Positions 12,791-27,658 of a stretch of 64,000 nucleotides of DNA are shown one piece after another. The number at the start of each line of letters is the position of its first letter. Position 1 is the first letter of the stretch. This DNA comes from the human T2T-CHM13v2.0 reference genome, Homo sapiens. A program made the translations under genes and the position numbers. The DNA is taken from the NCBI RefSeq assembly GCF_009914755.1, contig NC_060937.1. One strand, written 5' to 3'. The notes beneath the pieces were generated by a model. It was given only the letters and a program-made list of their open reading frames with translations, was not told the origin of the DNA and searched no databases.

Positions 12791-15029
12791 TACTATTTTC
12801 ACAGGGATGACTCCAGTATTGCCATTTAGCTTTCTTCCACTTTACTGCATACAGTATGTAGCTGAAAAGAAAATCCTGACCTTGACATAGTTATGTGCAT
12901 TCTATGCACAAACATTTTTGTTCTTTCTTTTCCTGATTTGTTTCTTCATATTTCTAGTATATTCACCCAAACCTGGTTAAAGTGAAACTGAGAGACCTTT
13001 CATTTGTACATCCATTTAGATTCCTCTTCCTCTGGCACATATAAACATTTAAACATTGGACCTTTCTATCTTTTGTAGGACCAATTTATTCTGATCATAT
13101 AAATTATAAAGAAGTCCTCAAATAATTAATATATCATTAATTTTTTGTGACCCAAGTAATAAATTTTATATTGTACATATCATTCATTATATCTTGATTT
13201 TCTAGAATAATTTATCATGAAATCCAAATCAATTTTTATTCAAGGTCTGGTAAAATGTACTTATTTATTATAAGCCATATTTGATTATGATGTTAAATGA
13301 GGTAGTTTTTTAAGAATTAGCCTTCCAGAAAGGACAGTATTTCCAGTTGCCTTTATTGAGAGCTTTGCTTTTTCTTTTATGAATCATCTTTCATTTGAAA
13401 ATCATCTACTTTTTCATTATACTATATATAATTTGTGAATATTGAAAATGACATTTCGTTCCTCTAATATCAGCTTTCTCCCTTTGCCATTGCCGCTGCG
13501 TTAAGGTCATTGTTATGATTTCTCTTTCTTCTTAAAATCAGTGATGCCCTTCATCCTCCTCTCCCATCTCACGCTAGCTTTCCGTTGATCCCCGCTTGCA
13601 CCAGATATTGAGAACCAAAGGGAACTTCCTGAGAGGAGGCCTCCCCTCCTTTATCTCCCCTCGCCACAGCCCGGGCCTCTCCCCAGTCCTCTTTCAAGGT
13701 GCTCTTTCACCTCTACGTCCGCAGTCACAGACTCTCCATCCCTGCAGGGGCGCTGGGCTGGATCCTGAAGTCAGTCCTTCAAAGTGTTCGGGTTGGCCAC
13801 ACCAGCCCTGGGGGGATCTATAAAGAGGTAGAAGGAGCGTGGAACCTGCCTTCGGCCTCGTGTTTTAATTCATGCTGGAGGAAAGACGATGCGGAATGCT
13901 GTGCCTGCGAAGTCCCTTCCTTTACTAATAACTGATGCCGTGATACCCGTGGAAGCCCCGAGAAGTAATTATGAAGGAGAACAGAGACCTGTTGCGGAGA
14001 TTGGGATGCACTGGTGTTCCAGGGTCTAAAGATTCACATAAGACGACCACGTCTGTAGCCCACGTTCCCAGCAGGGGAGCCTCCCCAAAGGTCTCTGGAT
14101 CCCCTTCGGAAACTGGAAAAAGTAGGAACGCTGATAGAGGTTGTTCTCTCTCCCTGTAGCAGACACAGCGAGTTCCTGACCAAGTGGCACACCTCTTTCC
14201 CTTTCTAATGAAATGCAGTCTTCCTAAGGTGTTCACGCTCCTCCCTGTGACCTTAAGCTTCAAGGTTAGCAGCCCATCCCAACTCCAAAGAAGTCCAAAT
14301 TGCCACGGACTCCGTTCCTGGCAGGCACAGATGTAGACATAAGCGTGAGCGTTAACTCCATCAGGCGGGAACTGAGGAGAGGTTTTTGATTCTGATTTCT
14401 TTGCTGATAAGGTGGGACATGGAGAAAGATCTTTCCACCTTTTCCATGGATTTTGTCAAGGGAGAGCCTGGCTGTGCTTGAATGAGGTGCCTGGGGTGGG
14501 TGCAGGCCTGAGAAGTGCCAGCCTGAGGCCAAGGCAGTGCCCGGGGGATGCAGGAGGAGAGAGGAAAAAAGCTGGGCTCTGTGCCCACTGACTTCAAAGC
14601 CTGGGAAACAGACCTCTTTGGGATTTTTTCTTACTTCAGATTAAAACAAATAATTTCACATATTGTCGAAGATGGTTAGGTGGGCATTTTCTGTGACTGG
14701 CAGCCAAGCACAGTCCACTGCAGGTGCTGACTTGACTGATCAAACACAGGTTTGCAGAGAGAGGAACAGAGAGGCCATACCAGGCCATCTGTTCAGGGAT
14801 GTAGAGCAGTGTGGATGTGACAGCATGCAGAGAAGTAACATGACTACATTTCTCAACTCCAGGCACCTAATAATCTACAAGAGAAAGCATTAAATATAAA
14901 ACACCACAAACACAGAAAACACAAACACCACACATCAGATTCAGTGAAGATCATAGGGATTTCCGAAAATGAACAAAGGCTAAAGAAACTTGCCCGATTC
15001 CCCAACACATAAAACCAACCTACAATAAG

Positions 15030-15229
15030 GCTAACCCTACCTCTAACCTTACCCTACCCTAAATCTAACCCTACTCTAGCCCTACCCCAGCCCTAACCCT
15101 ACCCTAACCTTAATCCTAATCCTAACCCTAACCTAACCTAACCCCAACCCTAACCTAACCCTACCCTAACCCTAACCTAATCCTAACCCTAACCTGAATG
15201 CTAACCCTACCCTAACCTGAACCCTAACT
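15030..15229. repeat. Degenerate interstitial telomeric array (CCCTAA)n
   Basis: ~200 bp of ccctaa/cccta/cctaa units. Confidence 0.9.
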
Positions 15230-16819
15230 ATGTGAGATGCAGAAATCATCTCCTTGCTTTGCATTCTTTGCCTGCAGGACACGGCAACATTTCACCCCCT
15301 TGTGAGCCTTCGGGATGATTTTACACGTGAGGGAGGGATCTGTAACCATTAGCAATTCTTTATTATCAAAGACACAACTTTACATATACATTCACATAGG
15401 CCTAGCAGGGCCCCCTGGCCTGCAGGTGGCACAGGACAGGGCATGTGCTGACTCCACACTGAATCCCCACATCTCCTGCATGGCATGGCTTAGCACACCT
15501 GTGTTTGAAAACTCAGGTTCGTTTCCTCAATGTTTTTCACGTCATCAAGGGCATAGCTCCTTAGACCCAAAAGCTGTGCCTTTGCCTGACCCGGCGTAAG
15601 AAGCCTATGCACTTCCTGATATGTTTTCTCCTCTGTTTGCTTCTAATGTCTCCGGATGAAATCATTGAGTCATTTTTAATCACTGTAAAACATCAGAGAA
15701 TTAACTTGGAAAACATGGGAAGACCTTGGTGAAAAAGGAAATCCTATGAAGTGTAAAGAATTTTTGAGCTAAAATGAGTGAGACTATTAATGTTTGAAAA
15801 TGATGAACTTGGCAGAAACACTACAACATTTTCATTTTTAACAGCATTATCAGAAACACACTCTGAAAACATGCACAGAACTCAGGACCTTACTGTGAAT
15901 AAAGCTGAAATTGAGCAAAGGCATTTATACCCTCAGGAGGGATTTCTTCAGCGTTTTAAATTGTTTTTTCTTTCTTCCTAGTAAGTCGTGAGTTCAAGAT
16001 TTACTACAACAAAACTAACTCATGCAGAACTGTACACCCCTGTCATAATTTCAAACTGCCCGTGAGATACCAGGTGTGTCTGCGGTACATATGAGCGTGC
16101 TTGTATGCACAACCGAATTATAATTTAGTTCAAGAAGACATGACTTCAATCCCCAGCAAAGAGTTTTCAGCTGCTGTAGGTTGTCTGTCTTGCTCTGTTT
16201 GGGTTTTTAAGGTTGGAGCGTCTCCAGGATCATTGTTTAAATAAGACTGTGCTCAGACTCAACTTTCAGCTTTTTCTGTAAAGGGAGTCGAGATGAGGCT
16301 GTGGGCACCGAATGTCATGAATCAGGAGACGGTCGGTGACCTCGGGCCGGTTCTAGAAGCCCAATGCCAGTGCAAAGAGGAAAGAGCAGGAAAGAGATGG
16401 CCTTTTCCATGCAGCCATTTCTTTCTCACTTCCCAACGGTTCACATGAACGACGCCGGAAGCCCACGGAGACTCCACTCTCCCAACAGTCGACTTCTGAA
16501 TCTGATTTTTAAAATGCCAACAGCTTCCACTCTCCCAGCTGATTTAAAAAAAAAAATTATTATAATCAATGTGCTTGAATCCTGCACACACTCCTATCCA
16601 GTGAGGGACGCTCAATGGTGCTGCTGGGGCCAATCTGAGACCACAGCAAAACAGCCATTGTCCTGAGAATGTTTTATGACGTAACGATATGGTGTCTTTT
16701 ACATACTTTTTTCTGTTCTGGAAATAAGGGAAATTGAAATTGGTTTCTAATTAACTTAAGTTCTTCACCAACCTCAGTATCAAAAAAAAAAAAAAAAAAA
16801 GAAAGAAATGTTTTTGTCT

Positions 16820-18435
<1,616 letters not shown>

Positions 18436-20284
18436 GTCATGAGTGAGGGGGAAAATAAGCAGTTGCATTACTAAAACTCTTTCAGAACTTCAAGAAAAAT
18501 AAAAATAACTCAGGCACAAGCCCAGTGATGTTGGGGAGATCTTTTAGCTACTGAAGCGGCTAAAATGTGTGATGTACTTTGCGAGCTTGGCCTAGAAATA
18601 ACTGGTATATTAACTTACTTATAAAGGGTTTAGCAGCATCTGCAGTTTGAGGGAGTGTATCTGCCAAATTGCAAGTCAAATCAGAATAAGAGCCTGGTGT
18701 CTAATCTGACACTGGTGTCCTTCTGGTGGGAGTGAAGCAATGTGTTTGCTTGACTTACTTAAAGGGCTGGACCTGTACCTTCTACATTCAATGTCTTTGG
18801 CCCCACTGGTAGTGAGTGGGAAAGAGTGCATGCATCTCAGTACATTTGGAATTGTAGGTAATTTTAATAAAAACCATTACTCAATTCAAAACATGAGGAA
18901 TATAGCTTGCATCCTACAGAAAACAAAATAGTTTAATTAAAATTTTAGAGAGTAAGATAAATGTCATGCGGCTAAAAATGAGTAAAATTTCTAAAATGTT
19001 AGTATGCAGGCAATACACATTTCAGACCACAAATCCATTTTTTTAAGCAAACAAAGACAATAAAAGGTAACAATGGCTAGAGCTGCAGTTAATCTTTAGA
19101 ATTCAATTTATGCCTTGGCAGTTTGCGCTGTTTTTGGTGAACGCAGGTTTTTGAAAGCTTTTTGGCTTCAATTCAGGCAAAAGCAAAACAAGGCTGGAAA
19201 TGTACAGTGTTATGAGACCCTCAGATTCGTGCCAGCTACAGCGACTCTCAGCTCATTTGTTTTAAAGGTTGTGCATCTGATTATAAGTATCTTTATAAGC
19301 TTTTTTTGGAACAGAATAGAGTAGGTTTGAAAACAGAAAGTAAATGCAACACTAATGTGTATTGATATTTTAAGAATATTGACATTTCATAACTAGTTTA
19401 TTCAGAAATGCCTTACAAATTATTTGCAAGGTATTTTCAAGTCCTGTTTAGACTGGTTGTTGATTGCTTTATTTCTGTTTAATAAGCCATTAAGGGGACT
19501 ACAGAACTGCGATATAATTATTTATTAAACCTTTCACAATGAAATGAGCACTTAGAAAGAGAGAACTGTCTTGGCTTTATCTTAACCAATAATTATAATG
19601 TATTTACCATGTGTTTTTTTATGTCACTGATGCATGGCAAATTGTACGTATGGTGGTTTCACATTTTATCCATAAGGGTGGTTATTTTAGAAATGTGCTA
19701 AATCTAATTAGAATGTATTCTATGTGTACATTGCCAAGAAAACCAACCACCAGCACAAAGCCCCACCCACCAGCCATTTGTTGCCCGATTTTATTCCAAA
19801 GGAGACAGGATCAATGTTAGGGCAGAAGATTGGGTGCCAGACTCAGGACCAAAACCAGACTATTTTCCCTGGGAAGCAGCTGGTGAGAAGAATCCGTGTA
19901 CCCCTGCCCTGGGCACTGACCCCATGAGTTGGTGCCCTGCTGTGCTCTGTGCTCTCCTGTGCCAGCCGTGCCCATGCGTGGGCCGCCAGGCTCACCATGA
20001 TAATTTTTGCGAAGCTCAGGGGCCCACTGGGCTTCCTAAAGAGACCCTTCCTAGTGTTGTACATCTGGGAAGGCCGGTCTCACCATTCATGTCTGCATCT
20101 CACGGTGGGTGTGGTGTGAATCAACACCGAAGAAAATGAATATTATAGGTGGGAAAATGAGGAGAACCCCCAAAACCTATACTACTGTTATAGCTAAAGA
20201 TTTAAGGGTCTCTTCAAAACTAGACAAATGCAAGATAATGATTCACCACATACATCCGTAGTCAGGAAGAGACAGGGCAACCTG

Positions 20285-20450
20285 TGCGTGCATCTCAGCT
20301 CTGCCACGTAGCAGCTATGTGATCCTGGGGAAATTATATAACCTCTCTGAGCCCTTGCTTCCTCGTCTGTAAAATGAGGACCATGATGCTCATAGGCTTT
20401 TATAAGGATGAATGGAATGGTGTGCCTGGGAAGAGAGCTTAGCTCTACTG
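20285..20450. mobile_element. MIR
   Basis: cagctctgccac...agctatgtgatcctggggaaattatataacctctctgagcc...tctgtaaaatgagg. Confidence 0.75.
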
Positions 20451-21339
20451 ATCACCAATTGACTGTGCCTGGTCAATAATCGATGATCAATAAATGGCAG
20501 CAATAGGTCTCCTTGCCGCCTTTGGAGACCATAACATGTGAATCCCAACTTTCCCCTTGTCCTCACTTTGCGGCGAAGTACTACTGAGGCAAGCAGGGCC
20601 AGCTGACGTCCCGGCGCTTAGGGCAGGGCAGGGAGCCCTGCTGCCTCTCAGACCCTGCTGGTCCGGCAGGCCATGGCTGCCCCACTCCCTCCACTCACTG
20701 CACAGCCTGGAGACAAACACCTTCTGACAGGGGGCTTCCAAAATTCCTACATCACAGTGGCAGGACCGGCGCAGAGGAAAAAAAGTCTGATAGCGCAGCA
20801 CTTCCCAGAGATCACCATGTTGTCCTCTCTCCTTTGGGTCTCTAAACACAGTATTTTATCAGAAAACCATCAATATGGGCTGCTGAGGAAGGGGCCACTG
20901 GCCCCTGTGCTCTGTAGCATGTTCTGGAGGGCTGGCAGCAGGCACCCAAGGAGAGAGCCTGAGCTCCATCACCGTGGGCGCCAGTGTGAGGCATGTGTTC
21001 ACCTGTGGGCAGAAATCTGTCTCAGCCCTGGAAAGAAGAATGTATGCTTCCAATTTTTCTTTTAAGTTTCTTTACTGTGAAACATTTCAAACATATGCTA
21101 AAGGAGAAAGACTCACATGATGACCTCCCCTGAGCCCATCAGCCAACACAATTGTTAACAATTGGCCAGTCTCACTTCAACATGGCCCCTTTCACGTTTT
21201 ACCCCTGCCAGGTTGTGAAGCTGATCCCTGGCCTCATCGTTCATCAGCAGTAACATTTCAGTGTTTCTCCCTAAAAGATCAGGGCTTTCAGAAAACATAA
21301 GCGGTATGACTATTGCACCTAAAAATTAACAGAATTCAT

Positions 21340-22760
21340 TAGTGATTTCTTGGATATGATACCAAAAACATAAACAAAAGAAAAAATTGATAAACTGGAC
21401 TACACCAAATTTAGAAACTTTTATGCATCAAAGGATATTATCAGCAGAGTGAAAGGGCAACATATGGAATAGGAGAAAGTATTTATAACTCATATAACTA
21501 ATAAGGGATTAGTAACCAGAATATATAAAGAACTCCTACAGTTCAACAACAAAAACAACAAAAAACCACAACTGATTAAAACATGGTCAAAGGATGTGAA
21601 TAGACATTTCTCCAAAGAAGATGTACAAATTTCCAATAAGCACATGAAAAGACGCTCAACACCATTAGTCATTAGGGAAGTGCAAATCAAAACCACGATG
21701 AGACACAGCCTCACATCCACTAGGATGACTATTATCAAGAAAAAAAAAAGAAGACAAGAAGTGTTGATGAGGAGGTGGAGAAACTGGAGGACTCGTACAC
21801 TGTTGGTGGTGATGTAAAATGGTGGCACTGCTACAGAAAATAGTTCAGCATTCCTCAAAAACTTGAAAATAGAATTACCATATGATCCAGCAATTTTACT
21901 TTTAGGTGCACACTCAAAAGAACTGTAAGTAGGATCTTGAAGCAACAGCTGTACCCATGTTCACCACATCATTATTCCCAGTAGCCTAAAGACAGACATT
22001 ACCCAGTGGCCCTCAGTGGGTGAACGATGTGGTGTATCCATACAATATTATTCAGCCCCCAAAAGGAAGAAAATTCTGACACGTGCCATAACACTGATGA
22101 CTCATGAGGACATTGTGCTAAGTGAAACAGGCCAGCCACAAATGACAAACACTAAACGAGTGTTTGAGTCCACTCACATGGCGTCCCTCAAATAGTCACA
22201 TTCTGAGAGACAGAAAGTAGAACAAGGCTGGGTGCAGTGGCTCACGCCCGTGATCCATGCATTTTGGGAGGCCGAGGCAGGAGGATCACCTCAGATCAGG
22301 AGTTTGAGACCAGCCTGGCCAACACGGTGAAACCCCATCTCTACTAAAAATACAAAAAACTAGGCAAGCGTGGTGGCAGGTGCCTGTAATCCCAGCTACT
22401 CAGGAGGCTAAGGCAGGAGAATTGCTTGAAGCAGGAGACGGAGGTTGCAGTGAGCAGAGATTGTGCCATTTCACTCCAGCCTGGGCAACAAGAGGGAAAC
22501 TCTGAGAAAGAAAGAAAGAGAGAGAGAGAGAAGGAGGGAGGGAGAGGGAGCTGCCAGGGGCTGGCAGGGAGGGGGAGGGGGAGGGGGAGTCAGTGCTTGG
22601 TTGGGACACAGTTCCAGTTTGGTGAGCTTCAAAGTTCTGGAGATGGGTGGTGACAAAACACAATGGGACTGCACTTAATGCCACTGAACCGTACACTGAA
22701 AATGGTTAAATGCTAAATTTATGTTACATATTGCCACAATTTTTGAAATAAAAAATTTAT
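21340..22760 (+). mobile_element. L1MB-type 3' portion (ORF2 end plus 3'UTR) interrupted by an Alu; older L1ME-like fragments on both sides (~21050-21340, ~22770-23040)
   Basis: ORF 21596-21817 NRHFSKEDVQISNKHMKR...IREVQIKTTMR is the L1 ORF2 C-terminus; cacttaatgccactgaac...aaaatggttaaa 3' end. Confidence 0.9.
22226..22520 (+). mobile_element. AluS
   Basis: ggctgggtgcagtggctcacg...dimer with GA-rich tail. Confidence 0.95.
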
Positions 22761-23089
22761 AAAATGCAATAATAGTATCAAATATCCAGCCAATGTTTAC
22801 AATTTCCCAATTGTCTTATAAATGCCTTTTTGTCCCCACTGGTTTGTTCAAATCGAGATGCAGCAAGGCACACAGGTCTCACGCGGCTGGTGTGTCCCTG
22901 ACGATTCTCCTTGCCCCTGTTGCTCGTTTGTAGAAGAAATGAAGTCATTTGCCTGCACAGGTTTCCATCCTCTGCATTTTGCTAATCACATCCCCACCCA
23001 CCATCCTGGGTGCTCTCTGCACACCCATCCCTGTTTCTTGAGCAAGGCTTCCCCGTAGGATTTCTGCAGGGGTGCGAACATCCCACATC

Positions 23090-23205
23090 TCTGTCCATGC
23101 AGTAGCCAACAGCCACGTGTGGCCATTGAGCCCTCGAAATGTGGCTGCTGCAGCTGAGGCACTGAGTTTTAATGTAATCTAATTATAAGGGATTTGATTT
23201 TAAAT
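23090..23205. mobile_element. MER3/MER33-like hAT fragment
   Basis: gtagccaacagccacgtgtggccattgagc..cgaaatgtggct...gaggcactgagtttta. Confidence 0.65.
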
Positions 23206-24254
23206 ACCTTTGAAAAGCCAGTTCCAGGGCAGCGCAGGCCTAGAGGCATGACGGGACTCTAGCTCTGCCTTTTTCCATCCAAGAAGCATTGTGATGGGTC
23301 ATTTCCTCTGTTGACATCAGATCTGCCTCCCGATGACGCTAGGCTACGAGCTGATGCTGGAGTCCCTCCTGGGTGGGAGGTACGGTCGCTGGCCATTTGT
23401 GTGTCCTGTTCATGCTCACAGCCCATCTCTGGGCATCTGGTTGTGAAGTCTCCATTGCACAGTTGAAAAGCAGAGGTACAAGACATTAAAACGCACATGC
23501 CAATCAGTGCTGGCGACAGCATCAACCCAGGCTGTCTCACTCCAGCCCCATGCTCTCAGCCGCTGCTCTCCTGCCTGGTTTAATCTGGTTTCCTCCCAAA
23601 GTGCTTATCTTCAGTGGCCCACCAGCAAAACCAGGGTCTTCTTGCTTTATCATCATTTATGTCACTCTCATAATTTCCTGAAGTTTGGAAGTAAACAAAA
23701 GTCTTAAAAATGCCTCTTCCCTCTTTCTCTCCACATCTACCCATTTCCCCAGCCTGCTGTTGGACTAAAATTCTGATATATGTTAACATTGACTTTATTG
23801 TTACCAGCCATCTGTTCTGTTAAAAAGAAAATCAACTCCTCAAGATTTTCTTATAGGCATAAGTGGATTGATTGATTTTCTTTTCTAGTCATTTTGCTTT
23901 GTTTTAAATGAGGGAACTGACAATCATGAAAATTTTAGCTAGCGCTCGTGCAAATGAGGTAAGCTGCTAGACCGCTGCCACCAGTCCACTGTTCTTGGGC
24001 AATGTGCTGCTTTGGAAACCCCAGCTGAGCATGTGCACAGCATCAGCAAACAGACAGGGGTTGCATGTGAGGGCTCACAACTGTCTCCTTGGAGACTTGA
24101 CATTTGGTGCAAAAAGCAAAATGGCTTCACACGAGCTTTAGCTCTCACCTGTACATGTTCAGAAAGCAAAAAGCAGGCCCTTCTTTTCATGAGCAGTGGC
24201 CATGTGGCACCATGTCCCTCAGAAGTACATTCAAGCCCTGGCACGGTGCTGTCC

Positions 24255-24360
24255 TAACACTGTGACCTCAGGCAAGTCATGTCTGCTTCCTGAACCTCGG
24301 CTTCCTCACCTGACAAGTGGGTATCATGTGCTACACTGCAGTGTTTATAATGCTGCATCC
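24255..24360. mobile_element. MIR fragment
   Basis: ctgtgacctcaggcaagtca...tgaacctcggcttcctcacctg. Confidence 0.6.
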
Positions 24361-24768
24361 CAGGAAGGACAGAGACTGTCTGTAGGTGAGGGGAGATGAC
24401 AGGCTTGATTCTGCAGAAGAAGAATGTTACTGAAGCAAACAGAAAGGCCTGTCCAGCAATAACTAGCTCAAGTGGCTTCATCAAAGGAAATGTTCCCCTG
24501 TGCAGAGGGTCAGGTAGGGCTGACGGCACAGCAAGGAGGCAACTCAGGGTGGTCCCCACCTCCACGTCAGGAGCAGGGGGCTGTCAGCACGGAGGAATCT
24601 AGGCTGCCATGCAGCAGGTATCTTTGCAGTGGGAGAACCTCATGGTGTCACGGGCTGACTCTGCCTCTAAAATTCCTATGCAGAATTTTTAACCCCCAGT
24701 ATCTCCGAGTGTGGACTTGTTTGGAGATAGGATCTCTACAGAGGTAGTCCAGGTAAAATGAGATCATT

Positions 24769-26073
24769 TCAAAGCATTCCTCAAAAGAAGACATACAAAT
24801 GGCCGAAAGCATGGAAAATGTGCTCAACATGAGTGATCAGAAAAGTGTAAATCAAAATCACAATGAGATCCCACCTCACACCTGTTATCATGACCATTAT
24901 CAAAAGGACAAGACATAGCAGGCGCTGGTGAGAATGTGGGGAAGGGGAAGCTCATACACTGTGGCTGGGAAGGTGAATCAGGACATGCAGCATTTATGGA
25001 AACAGTGTGGAGGTTCCTGAAAATGTCAAAAATAGAACTGATATGATCCCCTGTCCCACTAATGGGTGGCAGCCAAAGAAAATGAAATCAGTAGCTCAGG
25101 GAGATATCTGCACCCTCGAGTTTGTTGCGGCATGGCTCACAATAGCCAAGGCGTGTGCTGTGGTCTGAACGCCTGTGTCCCTCCAAAAGCCACGCACTGG
25201 AACCTAACACCAGGGTGACTGTGTGAAGAGGTGGGGCCTTCTGGGAAGTGATTAAGTCATGAAGGCTCTGAGCTCAGGAATGGGATCTGTGCCTCATAAA
25301 AGAGGCAGAAGGCAGCTGCCTTGCCCTCCAGCCACGCGAGGATACAGCCACGGGACTCCAGTCACAGAGCAGAGAGCAGCCCTCGGCAGACTCCACATCT
25401 GCAGGTGCCTTGGTCTTGACCTTCCCAGCATCCAGAACTATGTGAAATAAATTTCTACTGTTTATATTAATAAATGACCCCGTCTCAGGTATTTTGTCAT
25501 AGCAGCCTAAATAGACCCAGATAACATGGAAGCAAACTAAGTATCCGTGAACAGATACATGGATAAAGAAAACGTGGCATCACATGCAACAGGATATTAT
25601 TCAGCCTTAAATATGGATAGAAGGCCATGTTGTCACTCGCAACAATGTGGATGAAGCCGGAAGACATCATGCTATGTGAATAAGCCAGGCACACAGGGAC
25701 GGGTCCTGCATGACGCTGCCTCTATGACCCGTTTAAAACAGTCCAACCCACAGGAGCAGACAGCAGCACAGTGGCCACCGGATCCAGGATGAGGGAGATG
25801 GGGAGACGCTGGGCGAGTGAGCTCATCACGGTGCCTAAACAGTTCACAGTGCCATGTCACACACTGGAAATTGGCCCAAGAGAACTTCTTCAGTGTTCTC
25901 ACCACCAAAAAAAGAAAGAAAATGTTAACTGTGTAAGGAAATGGATGTGTAAATTAGCTTGATTTTGGTGATGATTTCACAATGTATATTAAGATATCAA
26001 ATTATACACTGTGAATATATACAATTTTTCTCTGTCAGTTATACCTTAAGAAAGATGGAGGAAATTAAATAAA
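24769..26073 (+). mobile_element. L1MA/MB 3' end
   Basis: aaagaagacatacaaatggcc...aaaatcacaatgagat...gtgttctcaccacc...tcagttatacctta; ~15-bp TSD taaaatgagat(c/t)(a/g)tt. Confidence 0.88.
25156..25518 (+). mobile_element. MLT1A0/MST-type LTR inserted in the L1
   Basis: tgctgtggtctgaacgcctgtgtccctcc...gacttcccagc.tccagaactatgtgaaataaatttct...tcaggtattttgtcatagcagc. Confidence 0.85.
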
Positions 26074-26995
26074 TAAAATGAGATTGTTAGGGTGGGCCTA
26101 AGTTAATAAGACTAACGTCCTTCTCAGAAGAGGAAGTGTGGGCAAGTGCACGCGGGGAGAAGGTCTCTTGAACCTGGGGACAGCTACTTGCAGCCAAGGA
26201 GAGGTCTCCGCAGCAACACCCTGCAGACACCTTGGTCCTGGACTTCCAGCCCCCAGCACTGAGCGACAATCAAGTCTGCTGTTGAAGCCATGTAGTCTGT
26301 AGCACTTTGTTACAGTGGCCCCAGGGAGCTTACGGTGGCCAAACCAGAGAGGACGCCTGGCTTAGAACACAAGTCAGACCTGAGAGAGCAGTTTGCATAA
26401 AAAACTTTCGGAGATCGGGTTGCTGCTCCTGCCCCCGACCCCCTGCCTGGCCTCAGGCGCAGCCTCTGCCACCCCTGCTCCGCCGATACCCCTGGGTCCC
26501 AAGACCTGTGGCTCAGCCTGTCCACTTCCTCCCCACCCTGTGCAGCTGGCAGCCAGCACTAGTCCTTCTGCCAGAGCCCCAAGATTGGCACAGCCTGGGT
26601 GGTTCCTGGGGCCCAGCTGCACTGCAGTCCCTGGGGCCCAGTGCACATGGCAGCCCCTTGCTGGCCCTGGACTCACGGCCCTGAGGACTGCTGAGCCTTG
26701 GACAGCCCCTCTGCCCAGGCCTGGCCCCAGCCCCAGCAGCGAGCAAAGCCCTCAGCGAGTGAATGCACCCGCTAGAAACATGGCCCACCAGCGTCTGCTG
26801 GAGGAGGCCTCACGGACAAATCCATGGGAGTGGGCCCAGCCTGCTCAAGTCTGGGGCCTCCAGGCACAAGCCCCACAGCCCAGGTCACCCCTGGATGGAG
26901 TCCCCAGCCTAACTTTCTCTTTGCCCACCATGTCACTCAAATCACCCTTATACATTTTTCTCTCCTTCCATCTTTGTTTCCTTCCTTTTTTTCTG

Positions 26996-27243
26996 GGCTG
27001 GAGTGCAGTATGCATGATCTCAGCTCACTGTGACCTCTGCCTCCCGGGTTCAAGAGATTCTCCTTCCTCAGCCTCCCAAGTAGCTGGGATTACAGGTGCC
27101 CACCACCACGCCCAACTAATTTTTGGTATTTTTAGTAGAGACAGGGTTTCACCATGTTGGCCAGGCTGGTCTCAAACTCCTAACCTCGTGATTCACCCGC
27201 CTCGGCCTCCCAAAGTGCTGGTGTGAACCCCCGCGCCCGGCCT
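26996..27243 (-). mobile_element. AluS (partial)
   Basis: ggctggagtgcagt...cctcggcctcccaaagtgctgg...gcgcccggcc. Confidence 0.92.
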
Positions 27244-27281
27244 CTTCTCCTTCTTTTTGCCTTAAAGAATATTAGAGACTC

Positions 27282-27658
<377 letters not shown>

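Larger units (their letters stand above)
24646..26345 (+). mobile_element. MLT1 LTR split into ~24646-24768 and ~26074-26345 by an L1
   Basis: 5' half ends aaaatgagatcatt; 3' half resumes aaaatgagattgttagggtgggccta...ggacttccagcccccag...ttgttacagtggcc. Confidence 0.8.

Noticed and set aside
15030-15229. Chromosome end or telomere fusion site
   Set aside because: Short, degenerate, single orientation, no head-to-head TTAGGG/CCCTAA junction, and no recognisable subtelomeric TAR1
26393-27226. 277-aa ORF
   Set aside because: Non-ATG start, GC-rich chance frame running into an antisense Alu; no recognisable domain
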